A stretch of 64,000 nt of DNA from Planctomycetota bacterium (GTDB taxonomy: Bacteria; Planctomycetota; UBA8108; SXIK01), in assembly GCA_965223265.1 (NCBI GenBank), contig OZ244999.1, forward strand, positions 3,744,001-3,808,000, in the 5' to 3' direction. Shown in pieces: positions 8,283 through 16,395 of this stretch (the stretch's first letter is position 1; every line of letters begins with the position of its first letter). The position numbers and the translations under genes were made by a program. The notes below the pieces were generated by a model. The model was given only the letters and a program-made list of their open reading frames with translations. It did not search any database and was not told the origin of the DNA.

Positions 8283-9536
8283 TCAACCACACGATCCGGA
8301 CGCCGGCAAACAACTCGCGTCCATCGGTGTCGAGCCACCTTGGGATGCGGCTGCGCGCACTCGCTTGACAGCGTCGACGATCCGTGCAGCAGCCAGTTTG
8401 ATCTCGCGAGACGTGGTCGGACGCCCGAGGCTGAGACGCACCGACGAACGCGCCCTTACATCGTCGCCAAAGAGGGCCTTGAGGACGTAAGACCCGTCAC
8501 TCGACGCTGACGAGCAGGCGGCCCCGGACGAGGCCGCAACACAATCGAGTGCGCCCAAAAGCGCCTGCGCGTCGACGCCGGCGAACGAAACATTTAGGTT
8601 ATTGGGCAGGCGCTGCTCGAGCGATCCGTTCAGCACCACACCGTCAAGGGCGCCCTGCAGCGCAGCGAGCAGTTCGTCGCGCAGCCGCTGTGCCTGCTGG
8701 GCGTCCGCTTGACGCTGCGCGGAAGCGATTTCACATGCCTTCCCCAACCCCACGATGCCGGAGACGTTCAGCGTCCCCGATCGCATGCCGCGCTCATGTC
8801 CACCGCCGTCGATCAGCGGCTCCAAGCGCACTCGTGGTCGACGGCGCCTGACATAGAGCGCGCCAACTCCTTTGGGTCCGTACATCTTGTGCCCGGAAAG
8901 CGACAAAAGGTCGACGCTCAATCGTTCGACGCTGACATCGATGTACGTGGCAGCTTGAGCAGCATCGGTGTGCAACGGCACGCCCCGCTGGCGACAAAGC
9001 AGACCGACCTCGGCGATCGGATTGAGAGTACCGATCTCGTTGTTGGCCAGCATGAGCGTCACCAGCGCCGTACGTTCGTTCATTGCATTCGCTACGGCTT
9101 CGACGTCGATGCGTCCGTCGGATTCGGGCTTCAAATACGTCACCTCGCAGCCCTGACGTTCGAGTCTACCGCATGCATCCAAGACCGCCTTGTGCTCGAG
9201 CGCAGACGTCACCACGTGCGGCCGCCGGTGTGGCGATCGAGCAACGACACCCCGAACGGCCAAGTTATCGGACTCTGTCGCCCCCGACGTGAACACCACT
9301 TCGCGCGGGTCGCACTCGAGTAGTTGGGCGACACTCCGGCGGGCCGCAGCGACCAGCTCGGCGGCTTCGGCGCCGAAAGCATGCTGCTGGCTGGCGGCAT
9401 TGCCAAACACGTGCGTGAACGTCGGCTGCATCGCCTCGACGACCCGCGCATCACAAGGCGTGGTCGCGTGGTAGTCCAGATAGATGTGGTCTGCGGATTT
9501 CACAGGCGCATTCAAATGCAATCGTCGTGCCGTCAC
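8283..9536 (-). CDS. iscS: Cysteine desulfurase, group I (IscS/NifS type)
   Basis: YLDYHATTP, FTSGATES, HTDAAQ, PLP lysine in SGHKMYGPKG, RSGTLN, catalytic SSGAACSS. No iscU/iscA adjacent. Confidence 0.92.
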   Translation of the reverse strand: MTARRLHLNAPVKSADHIYLDYHATTPCDARVVEAMQPTFTHVFGNAASQQHAFGAEAAELVAAARRSVAQLLECDPREVVFTSGATESDNLAVRGVVARSPHRRPHVVTSALEHKAVLDACGRLERQGCEVTYLKPESDGRIDVEAVANAMNERTALVTLMLANNEIGTLNPIAEVGLLCRQRGVPLHTDAAQAATYIDVSVERLSVDLLSLSGHKMYGPKGVGALYVRRRRPRVRLEPLIDGGGHERGMRSGTLNVSGIVGLGKACEIASAQRQADAQQAQRLRDELLAALQGALDGVVLNGSLEQRLPNNLNVSFAGVDAQALLGALDCVAASSGAACSSASSDGSYVLKALFGDDVRARSSVRLSLGRPTTSREIKLAAARIVDAVKRVRAAASQGGSTPMDASCLPASGSCG

Positions 9537-9879
9537 AAAGGATCTCTGGGCGCATCGTTCCCAGGAAGCAGTATACTACGCTGAGAGACCATATGAATGC
9601 TCGGCGCAGCGCGGAACGAGTGCCCACACGCCCCAAACGTTCACTCCCATCGAGGCCGCGAGCGTGAACTGCGGAGGTTCTGGGCCTGTCAGGGTGGATC
9701 GATCGATTCTCCTTTCCCAGTTTTTGCGCCACGGATATGATGCGGCTGGCCGGATGATCAGAAGCCACGACAAGTCCTAGATTCTGCCATCGACACTGCC
9801 TCCGGCTGCGCCTGAGAGTTCTCGTCGCGGCTCGCACACCGAACCCGCGCCTCTCTGAATTCGCCGACTGAAAGCTGCG

Positions 9880-11196
9880 ATGACTACACCTCTCTCGAAG
9901 GAAAAGACGGAAGTTGGAAGTTACTTCATCTCCAACTACCCGCCTTTCAGTTTCTGGAACGCCGAGTCCATTCAAGACGCTCGGGATGCACTGCATAACC
10001 CGGCGCCGTCTGGTGTGCCTTTGGGACTCTACTTGCACGTGCCGTTCTGTCGCAAGCGCTGCAAATTCTGCTACTTTCGCGTTTATACAGACAAGAACAG
10101 CAAGGAGATCGAGCGTTACCTCGCCGCGCTGACGCGGGAGATCGAGATCTACAGCCGCCTGCCCGTCATGCAGAATCGTTCGCTTGGATTTGCTTACTTC
10201 GGCGGCGGCACCCCGTCGTTCTTGAGTGAAAAGCAGCTGCTTTCGCTCGTCGAGCGCCTGCGCCAGCTCGTCAGCTGGGATGACGCCGAGGAGGTAACGT
10301 TCGAGTGCGAGCCCGGCACCCTGACGGAAAGCAAGCTCAGCGCCATCCGTGACATCGGCGTCACCCGCCTCAGCCTCGGCGTCGAGAATCTCAGCGACGA
10401 GGTGCTCGAGGAAAACGGACGCGCGCACCGCAGCCCAGAAGTGTTTCGCACCTACGAATGGGCACGCGCGACAGGGTTTCGTCAGATCAACGTTGACCTC
10501 ATCGCCGGTATGGTCGGCGAGACGGAGGCTAATTGGGAAAGCTGTGTCCGTAAGACGATCGAGCTGGCGCCGGACTCCGTAACGATCTACCAGATGGAGT
10601 TGCCGTTCAATGCCGTCTACTCCTCCGAGCTGAAGGAAGGGCGTTTGGCTGTTGCCGATTGGGCGACCAAGAGGCGCTGGGTGAGCGAAGCGTTCGACGC
10701 CTTCGCGGCAGCGGGTTACTCGGTTTCAAGCGCGTACACGCTGGTGAAGGACCCGCATGTCCGGTTCGTCTACCGCGACTCACTATGGCACGGCGCCGAC
10801 ATGATCGGCAGCGGTGTCGCGTCGTTCTCACACGTCGGCGGCGTTCACTACCAAAACCTCGACGGCATCGACGCGTATTCTGAGCAGCTCGAGCGCGGCG
10901 AACTGCCGCTCTCACGCGCGCTCAAGGTCACCGAGCGACAGCTACTGATTCGCGAGCTCATCCTGCAGCTCAAACTCGGCTGGCTCGACCGAGAGTACTT
11001 CCTGAACAAGTACGAGATTGACATCGCAGCTGCATTCCGACCGACGTGGGAGAAGTTACAGGCGGAAGGTTTTCTCGCCAGCGAAATCGAAGCGCCCGAC
11101 AAGAAACTACGCCTCACACGCACCGGATTGTTGCGCGTTGACGCCCTTCTTCCGTCGTTTTTCGAACCCGAGCATCGCGGTGCTCGTTATACGTAA
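9880..11196 (+). CDS. HemN-like radical SAM enzyme (class C methyltransferase/oxidase family)
   Basis: LYLHVPFCRKRCKFC (CxxxCxxC), YFGGGTPS, RLSLGVE, NVDLIAGMVGET, HemN C-terminal LRLTRTG. Confidence 0.9.
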   Translation: MTTPLSKEKTEVGSYFISNYPPFSFWNAESIQDARDALHNPAPSGVPLGLYLHVPFCRKRCKFCYFRVYTDKNSKEIERYLAALTREIEIYSRLPVMQNRSLGFAYFGGGTPSFLSEKQLLSLVERLRQLVSWDDAEEVTFECEPGTLTESKLSAIRDIGVTRLSLGVENLSDEVLEENGRAHRSPEVFRTYEWARATGFRQINVDLIAGMVGETEANWESCVRKTIELAPDSVTIYQMELPFNAVYSSELKEGRLAVADWATKRRWVSEAFDAFAAAGYSVSSAYTLVKDPHVRFVYRDSLWHGADMIGSGVASFSHVGGVHYQNLDGIDAYSEQLERGELPLSRALKVTERQLLIRELILQLKLGWLDREYFLNKYEIDIAAAFRPTWEKLQAEGFLASEIEAPDKKLRLTRTGLLRVDALLPSFFEPEHRGARYT

Positions 11197-11213
11197 ATCA
11201 CCCGACACTCTCT

Positions 11214-11792
11214 ATGCCACCTGAAACGACCGACCTGACGCTGGACGCGCTTCTGAAACTGTTCCCCGCGAGCGCGCTCGAGCACCTGAGTGCCGAGCTC
11301 GTCAGCGCCGACGACGTGCCCCAGCCGTTTCGACGCTTGCTTGTCCACCATCAGCACATGACGGTGACACTCGAGGACGAGTACCAGAGCACACTGGAGC
11401 TCCAGATCCTGGCGCGAAAGCACAATGGTACGAAGTACGCGCGCCTGCTGAGACTCACCGCCGGCAGCGACGGACCGGTCGTCCTCGTCGGTATCATGCG
11501 CTTTCACTTGGAATACTGCAGCTCCCAGGTCGCAGCGGAAATCGTCCGCGGCACGGCGCCCTTGGGACGGATTCTGATCGATCACGACGTCATGCGCTCG
11601 ATCGAATGTCATGCATACTTGCGCTTCAAACTCGACGACGAGCTGCGTTCGCTCTTCGCGCTGCCAGCGGACGCGTCCGCGTCAGAGACGTACGGCCGCA
11701 TCGCTCGCATCATATGTGACGGCGAACCCGCTGTGGAGCTCCTGGAGATCGTTGCTCCAGCGGTGACGTCGGAGTCTTCTTCACTCCTCTGA
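11214..11792 (+). CDS. Chorismate lyase (UbiC/UTRA-fold)-like protein
   Basis: LLVHHQHMTVTLE and PLGRIL resemble the UbiC/Rv2949c SLTxxL and PLGxxL motifs; about 190 aa with terminal ELLEIV strand. Confidence 0.5.
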   Translation: MPPETTDLTLDALLKLFPASALEHLSAELVSADDVPQPFRRLLVHHQHMTVTLEDEYQSTLELQILARKHNGTKYARLLRLTAGSDGPVVLVGIMRFHLEYCSSQVAAEIVRGTAPLGRILIDHDVMRSIECHAYLRFKLDDELRSLFALPADASASETYGRIARIICDGEPAVELLEIVAPAVTSESSSLL

Positions 11793-11883
11793 TGGCTCGT
11801 CATCCGATCGCTCATCGTTCATCGCTACGTCTCGACGACACGACAGAAGTCTTCACTCTTTACCACACTACGACGAAACGGAC

Positions 11884-13149
11884 ATGACCAGCAAGAAGCT
11901 CGACTTCGCCGACGTCGTCGTGATCGGCGGCGGCCCCGCCGGCTCCACCACGGCGGCGATCCTGGCCCAGAGCGGCGTCAACGTTGTCGTCTTAGAGAAG
12001 GAAACATTCCCTCGCTTCCACGTCGGCGAATCGTTGATTACGGAGACCTATTGGACGTTCGAGCGCATTGGTATGCTGAAACGTCTCCAGGACTCTCCTT
12101 TCCCTCGGAAATACAGCGTCCAGTTCATTTCTGAGAGCGGCAAGGCGTCGCGACCATTTTACTTCTTCGAGCGCGACGACCATGAAAGTTCGGTGACGTG
12201 GCAGGTGGACAGGGCTGAGTTCGATCAGATGATGCTCGACAACGCCCGTGAGCGAGGTGCGACAATTGTCACCGGAGCCACCGTCGAACAAGTGCTCTTC
12301 GAGAACGGTACCGCGACCGGCGTCAAGTGGCACGACGAGACCGGACGCGAGGCAACGCTGAATGCGCGCGTCGTGGTCGATGCCAGCGGCCTCCACTCGG
12401 TCATGGCGCGGCAGCTGCGGATTCTGAAAAAAGACCCGAAGCTCGTCAAAGCGGCAGTGTACGGCCATTTTCGTGGCGCTCGTCGCGACAGCGGCATCGA
12501 CGAAGGCGCCACGCTGATCATCCACACGCAGGGCAACCGAGGCTGGTTCTGGTACATTCCTCTCAGCCACGACCGCGTCAGCGTCGGCGTCGTCGGAGCG
12601 GCCCGCGAGCTCATGCGCGGCGGAGAAAAGCCACAGCAGATCCTCGAGCGTGAAATCGCTGCCTGTCCTTCCGTCCAAGACCGCCTGAAGAGCGCGACGA
12701 TTTGTACGGACGTCCACGCCACAAGCGACTACACGTACCGCGCCTCGCGCTGCGCCGGGCCCGGCTACATGCTCGTCGGTGACGCGTTTGGATTCCTCGA
12801 TCCGATCTACTCCTCGGGAGTACTGTTAGCGCTCAAGAGCGGCGAGCTCGCGGCCGACACCCTCATCGAAGCGCTGGCCGACGGCGACGTCTCGGCTGAT
12901 CGCCTCTCCACCTATGGCACTCAGCTGAGTCTCGGCCTGGAGACGTTCCGTAAGATGGTTTACGCGTTCTACACCCCGGGGTTCAGCTTTGCGAACTTCG
13001 TCTCGCAGCACCCGGAACACCGCGACAGCCTCGTCCGCATTCTCATCGGCGACGTCTTCAAGGACGACACGGACGACATCTTCGCCGCCATGAGCACAAT
13101 GTGCGATCTCCCGAAGCCGCTCCCGGCACTGGGGTCGGATGCGTCGTAG
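11884..13149 (+). CDS. FAD-dependent oxidoreductase of the flavin-dependent halogenase family
   Basis: GGGPAGS, FPRFHVGESL, FPRKY (position of catalytic Lys), WxWxIP motif (GWFWYIP), VGDAFGFLDPIYSSGV. Confidence 0.85.
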   Translation: MTSKKLDFADVVVIGGGPAGSTTAAILAQSGVNVVVLEKETFPRFHVGESLITETYWTFERIGMLKRLQDSPFPRKYSVQFISESGKASRPFYFFERDDHESSVTWQVDRAEFDQMMLDNARERGATIVTGATVEQVLFENGTATGVKWHDETGREATLNARVVVDASGLHSVMARQLRILKKDPKLVKAAVYGHFRGARRDSGIDEGATLIIHTQGNRGWFWYIPLSHDRVSVGVVGAARELMRGGEKPQQILEREIAACPSVQDRLKSATICTDVHATSDYTYRASRCAGPGYMLVGDAFGFLDPIYSSGVLLALKSGELAADTLIEALADGDVSADRLSTYGTQLSLGLETFRKMVYAFYTPGFSFANFVSQHPEHRDSLVRILIGDVFKDDTDDIFAAMSTMCDLPKPLPALGSDAS

Positions 13150-13167
13150 CGTGACCGTTCACGCTAC
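13146..13167. terminator. Hairpin between convergent halogenase-like gene and vapC
   Basis: Perfect 9-bp inverted repeat GTAGCGTGA-ccgt-TCACGCTAC overlapping the stop codon; no strong U-tract. Confidence 0.4.
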
Positions 13168-13231
13168 AGAGCTACCTACAGGACAGAAACACCTATGCTG
13201 TTCTCAGGTCGCGAAGATTCGACCCCACCTC

Positions 13232-13660
13232 TCACGCCAGCGGGTTCGTCCAGCGCACCGCGCCGAAGCGTCCGAAGTCGGCATCGCAGGAGCACAGCTC
13301 CGCTCCATACTCGATCGCAACGGCAGCGAGGTGTGCGTCGGTGGTCAAGTTGCCGGCGGTGCCAAGCGGAACGAGGAGATCTCTCATGATCCGCACGTGG
13401 TTGTCTGTCGGTTCGAGCACCACAGCGCACGGCTGCGACAGCCACGACTCGACGAGGCGGAGCGCTTCGGCGACCTCTAACGGTTCGGGAAAAATCACCG
13501 CCCGCGTGCTCAAGCGAAGAAACGCGAGGATCACGACCCAAGTGAACGCCACCGTCTCACTGCCCGAGAGCACCGCCTCGAGCCACCTCTTGGCACCTTC
13601 ATGGCCCGGCGCGTCCTCGTTGACCGCGTAGAGCAGAAGATTGACGTCGACGAGCTTCAC
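13232..13660 (-). CDS. vapC: VapC PIN-domain toxin
   Basis: LVDVNLLLYA, FLRLST, NLTTDAHLAAVAIE, DADFGRF, WTNPL; GTGA overlap with the antitoxin. Confidence 0.93.
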   Translation of the reverse strand: MKLVDVNLLLYAVNEDAPGHEGAKRWLEAVLSGSETVAFTWVVILAFLRLSTRAVIFPEPLEVAEALRLVESWLSQPCAVVLEPTDNHVRIMRDLLVPLGTAGNLTTDAHLAAVAIEYGAELCSCDADFGRFGAVRWTNPLA

Positions 13661-13917
13661 TTGCGCAGACTCAGCTTGCGCGCGATCTCCTCGTCTTCCA
13701 TCGCGGCTGCGAGCGCCAACGCCTTGTCGAGCGCCTGCTCCGGCCTGAATCCCATCCGAAAAGTCGGCAGACGGTACGGCTTGGAGACACCGCCCTTGCG
13801 AGAAAGCCCCTCTCTCAATGCTTGATTGAGCGCCTCTTTGAACGTTATGTCACGCTCACGCATGACCTTACGCAAAAGGGCTTCGACATCTGGTTCGAGG
13901 GTCACGGTGGTTCTCAT
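13657..13917 (-). CDS. vapB: VapB antitoxin (ribbon-helix-helix/CopG type)
   Basis: MRTTVTLEPDV..FKEALNQALR RHH N-terminus; directly upstream of vapC. Confidence 0.9.
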   Translation of the reverse strand: MRTTVTLEPDVEALLRKVMRERDITFKEALNQALREGLSRKGGVSKPYRLPTFRMGFRPEQALDKALALAAAMEDEEIARKLSLRK

Positions 13918-13923
13918 AGAGGA

Positions 13924-13971
13924 ATCATAGCACCAAATGAGTTGCTGTCAAGCTGTCAAGCTGTCAAGCTG
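13924..13971 (-). promoter_or_regulatory. vapBC promoter (leaderless) with 3.5x 8-bp direct repeat
   Basis: Minus strand (TTGACAGC)x3; last TTGACA 13951-13946, 16-nt spacer, extended -10 TGcTATGAT (13929-13924), ATG only 6 nt later, no SD. Confidence 0.75.
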
Positions 13972-14057
13972 CAGTGGTCTCCTTGGATTAGTTGGCGTCC
14001 GAGTCTATACACACCTATACCGGCTTTCCCCGACAGGCTCGAAACTTTAGGAGAGAC

Positions 14058-14258
14058 ATGCCGAGCAAGAACGTCGACGAACTCTGCGAGCAACTCGGCC
14101 ACGAATCGGTTTTGCGCGGACGGATCTTACCGTTGCTTCTGGGAATGATTGGAATGATCGCGGTTTCGGCGGGAGGTCCACTCATGTTCGTGGGTCAGCC
14201 AACGGCCTGGCAAATCGCCTGCGGTTACTTAGCGATGGTGGTGGGAATAGGGGTCTGA
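14058..14258 (+). CDS. Small membrane protein (66 aa), possibly truncated
   Basis: AGGAGAG SD before ATG 14058; two hydrophobic stretches (ILPLLLGMIGMIAVSAGG, IACGYLAMVVGIGV). Confidence 0.4.
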   Translation: MPSKNVDELCEQLGHESVLRGRILPLLLGMIGMIAVSAGGPLMFVGQPTAWQIACGYLAMVVGIGV

Positions 14259-14420
14259 CAATCATCCGGACGAATATCTTGAGCTCAGGTTCAACAGATT
14301 TTATCAACGCTCGTCAAAGAGTGGTGGGGGCGTCTCCACCTTGATGGTCGTGTCCCATAGACGTTACCCTGACCTCCGACCCGAAGCGCGTATCCAGCTG
14401 TGACCCACCGGAGTAGCACC

Positions 14421-16391
14421 ATGACGAATGTTCGACCTGAATCCTCAACAGAGGATAAGGGCAAGCGCGATACCTTCATGGCCGCGCTGACCGCGACGTT
14501 GTCACCGCGCCTTGAGCCGGAGATCATTGTTCCAGGCGAAGACGCAGAGGTCCATGCCCCGTGTCAGGAGCGGCCAGAGAAACTCGTGGAGTGCTCCCGT
14601 CCTGAGCCTACGGCCGGGCCAACCTATACCCTCCCCTTCGTGCAGCCGATCGGTCTGCAGGAACTCGAACTTCGACCTGCGCCTTCCCTGGCTTGTGTTT
14701 CGTTGGCCGATTCACCGGACAGGAGACTCCGCGCCGTATTGTCGCTCGACATGATTCTTGAGCAGCGCTGGTTCTTTCAGTCTCTTACCATCGCGGACCT
14801 TAGCTCCACGCTCAGCCTCGCACCAAACGAGACCATCTCGTTTCAGTCCAAATCAACGCAACGCAAACACTTTGAGCAGTCTGCCGTTGATTCGGTAGAA
14901 GGGCTGGAGTCATCCGAAGCAACTACGATCGATAAAGACGTTCTCAACGTTCTTCGTTCTTCGAGTACAACCAAAAACTGGACCGTCGGCACTAACGCCA
15001 CAGTGAGCGTTGGGTACGCCAGCGCAAGCGTCAGCACGAGCAAATCAAAAACAGTCAATAGTTTGGCCCGCAACGCGAGCGAGTCGCTAAACGAGACGAC
15101 CAGAAAGTCCTCGAACAACCTAAAGACTCTTCGCAAAACGGAGATCACTCAGGCGACGGATGAGACCCTCGAGGAGGGCATCTCCCGAACTGTAAGCAAT
15201 CCATACAAAGACCGTTCTTTGCTAATTAAGATCTACGAGTTAACGAAAGAATATTGCGTAGAGACAGCGCTTGTAGACTATCAGCTTTCTTTAGTTTTGG
15301 AGGTCGGTGGATTCGTATTCGACGCACAGTTCATCTTGGAGAATGGCGACTTCCTTTCGGAAGCCTTGCTCGACACCGTAATGCAGGCGGAACTTGCGAC
15401 AGCCTTAGAGACAGCCTCCGCTGTCGACACCCGGGGAAGAGATCGTGAGCGTCGCGCCCAAGAGATTGCGAGCACAGCGCTCCGATACCTGTTCGATGTC
15501 CCTAACGTGTTCGGCCTTCCCGCCGACAACGACCCGGCCACTTCCTTTACAACGGGAAACACCGCTCTCGCAAGCGGAAACTCCGCGCTCGGAGATGCGA
15601 TTCAACTCGATATCGCCGGCACAGATACCGGGGACCTCGGGAAGATATTCACGGCACTAAACGTTCACTACAAGCTATATGAAGCGATCGAGCGCCCGCC
15701 CGCGCAGCCCATTGAGCGCGTAGAAGGAATTGACCGAGTTGATTTGGCGCTCGCGATCGAGTCGTACGTAGCGCCGCTCTGGTCAGCAGTTTCGGGAGGT
15801 CGGCTGGGCAACATCCTCGACGATGTACACACGACCGAGGTGTTTCGACGTCTTTCGGGATTCCTCAGCTTGGTTTCCCCTCTCCTGAAGCCTCTTGTGG
15901 AGCCTGCATCTGATCGTTTCGAGGCGCAGAGCGCCGAACGTCGAGCAGCTTTCGTTGTGGATCGCGTCGTTCGACACCTTGATTGTCATCATGACTATTA
16001 TGCGGAAAGGTTCCTCGATTACGCTGCCCGGACCACACGAATGGTCTCGGTTAAGAGTTTCGCGGAGCGAGCCGCGCGTACCTTGGGCTCTATCGCACCT
16101 CAATACTTCGACATAGAGGCAACGTACGTTCGCGGCAAGAACGTGGTCGTCCCTCTAAAATTCGGTAGAAAATCGATCCTGAATCTACTTAGGCAGAACG
16201 ACGAAGACGACTACGAGGAAATCAAACTGGGCCGACAAGGAAGCGTGAAGGTCGCCGTGCCGTGCGAAGGCATCCACATCGAAGTCGTACCGGGAGAATG
16301 CGAGCTTCCCGACGTGCCTAACAGCTTTGAAGTCCGCGGAAATATCTCGTTCGGAGGGGCCAGCTCGGAAGCAACCGCCGACAGGGAGTAG
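14421..16391 (+). CDS. Hypothetical protein with Ser/Thr-rich amphipathic beta segment (pore-forming-toxin-like signature)
   Basis: Long ORF, GGAG SD before ATG 14421; LSLAPNET..S/T-rich..RTVSNPY..YEL architecture; A/T-richer codon usage than flanks by eye. Confidence 0.8.
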   Translation: MTNVRPESSTEDKGKRDTFMAALTATLSPRLEPEIIVPGEDAEVHAPCQERPEKLVECSRPEPTAGPTYTLPFVQPIGLQELELRPAPSLACVSLADSPDRRLRAVLSLDMILEQRWFFQSLTIADLSSTLSLAPNETISFQSKSTQRKHFEQSAVDSVEGLESSEATTIDKDVLNVLRSSSTTKNWTVGTNATVSVGYASASVSTSKSKTVNSLARNASESLNETTRKSSNNLKTLRKTEITQATDETLEEGISRTVSNPYKDRSLLIKIYELTKEYCVETALVDYQLSLVLEVGGFVFDAQFILENGDFLSEALLDTVMQAELATALETASAVDTRGRDRERRAQEIASTALRYLFDVPNVFGLPADNDPATSFTTGNTALASGNSALGDAIQLDIAGTDTGDLGKIFTALNVHYKLYEAIERPPAQPIERVEGIDRVDLALAIESYVAPLWSAVSGGRLGNILDDVHTTEVFRRLSGFLSLVSPLLKPLVEPASDRFEAQSAERRAAFVVDRVVRHLDCHHDYYAERFLDYAARTTRMVSVKSFAERAARTLGSIAPQYFDIEATYVRGKNVVVPLKFGRKSILNLLRQNDEDDYEEIKLGRQGSVKVAVPCEGIHIEVVPGECELPDVPNSFEVRGNISFGGASSEATADRE

Positions 16392-16395
16392 GAAC

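Noticed and set aside
9880-11196. Calling the radical SAM gene hemN or hemW
   Set aside because: Only family-level motifs are visible, no heme context is present, and HemN-like proteins are frequently misannotated.
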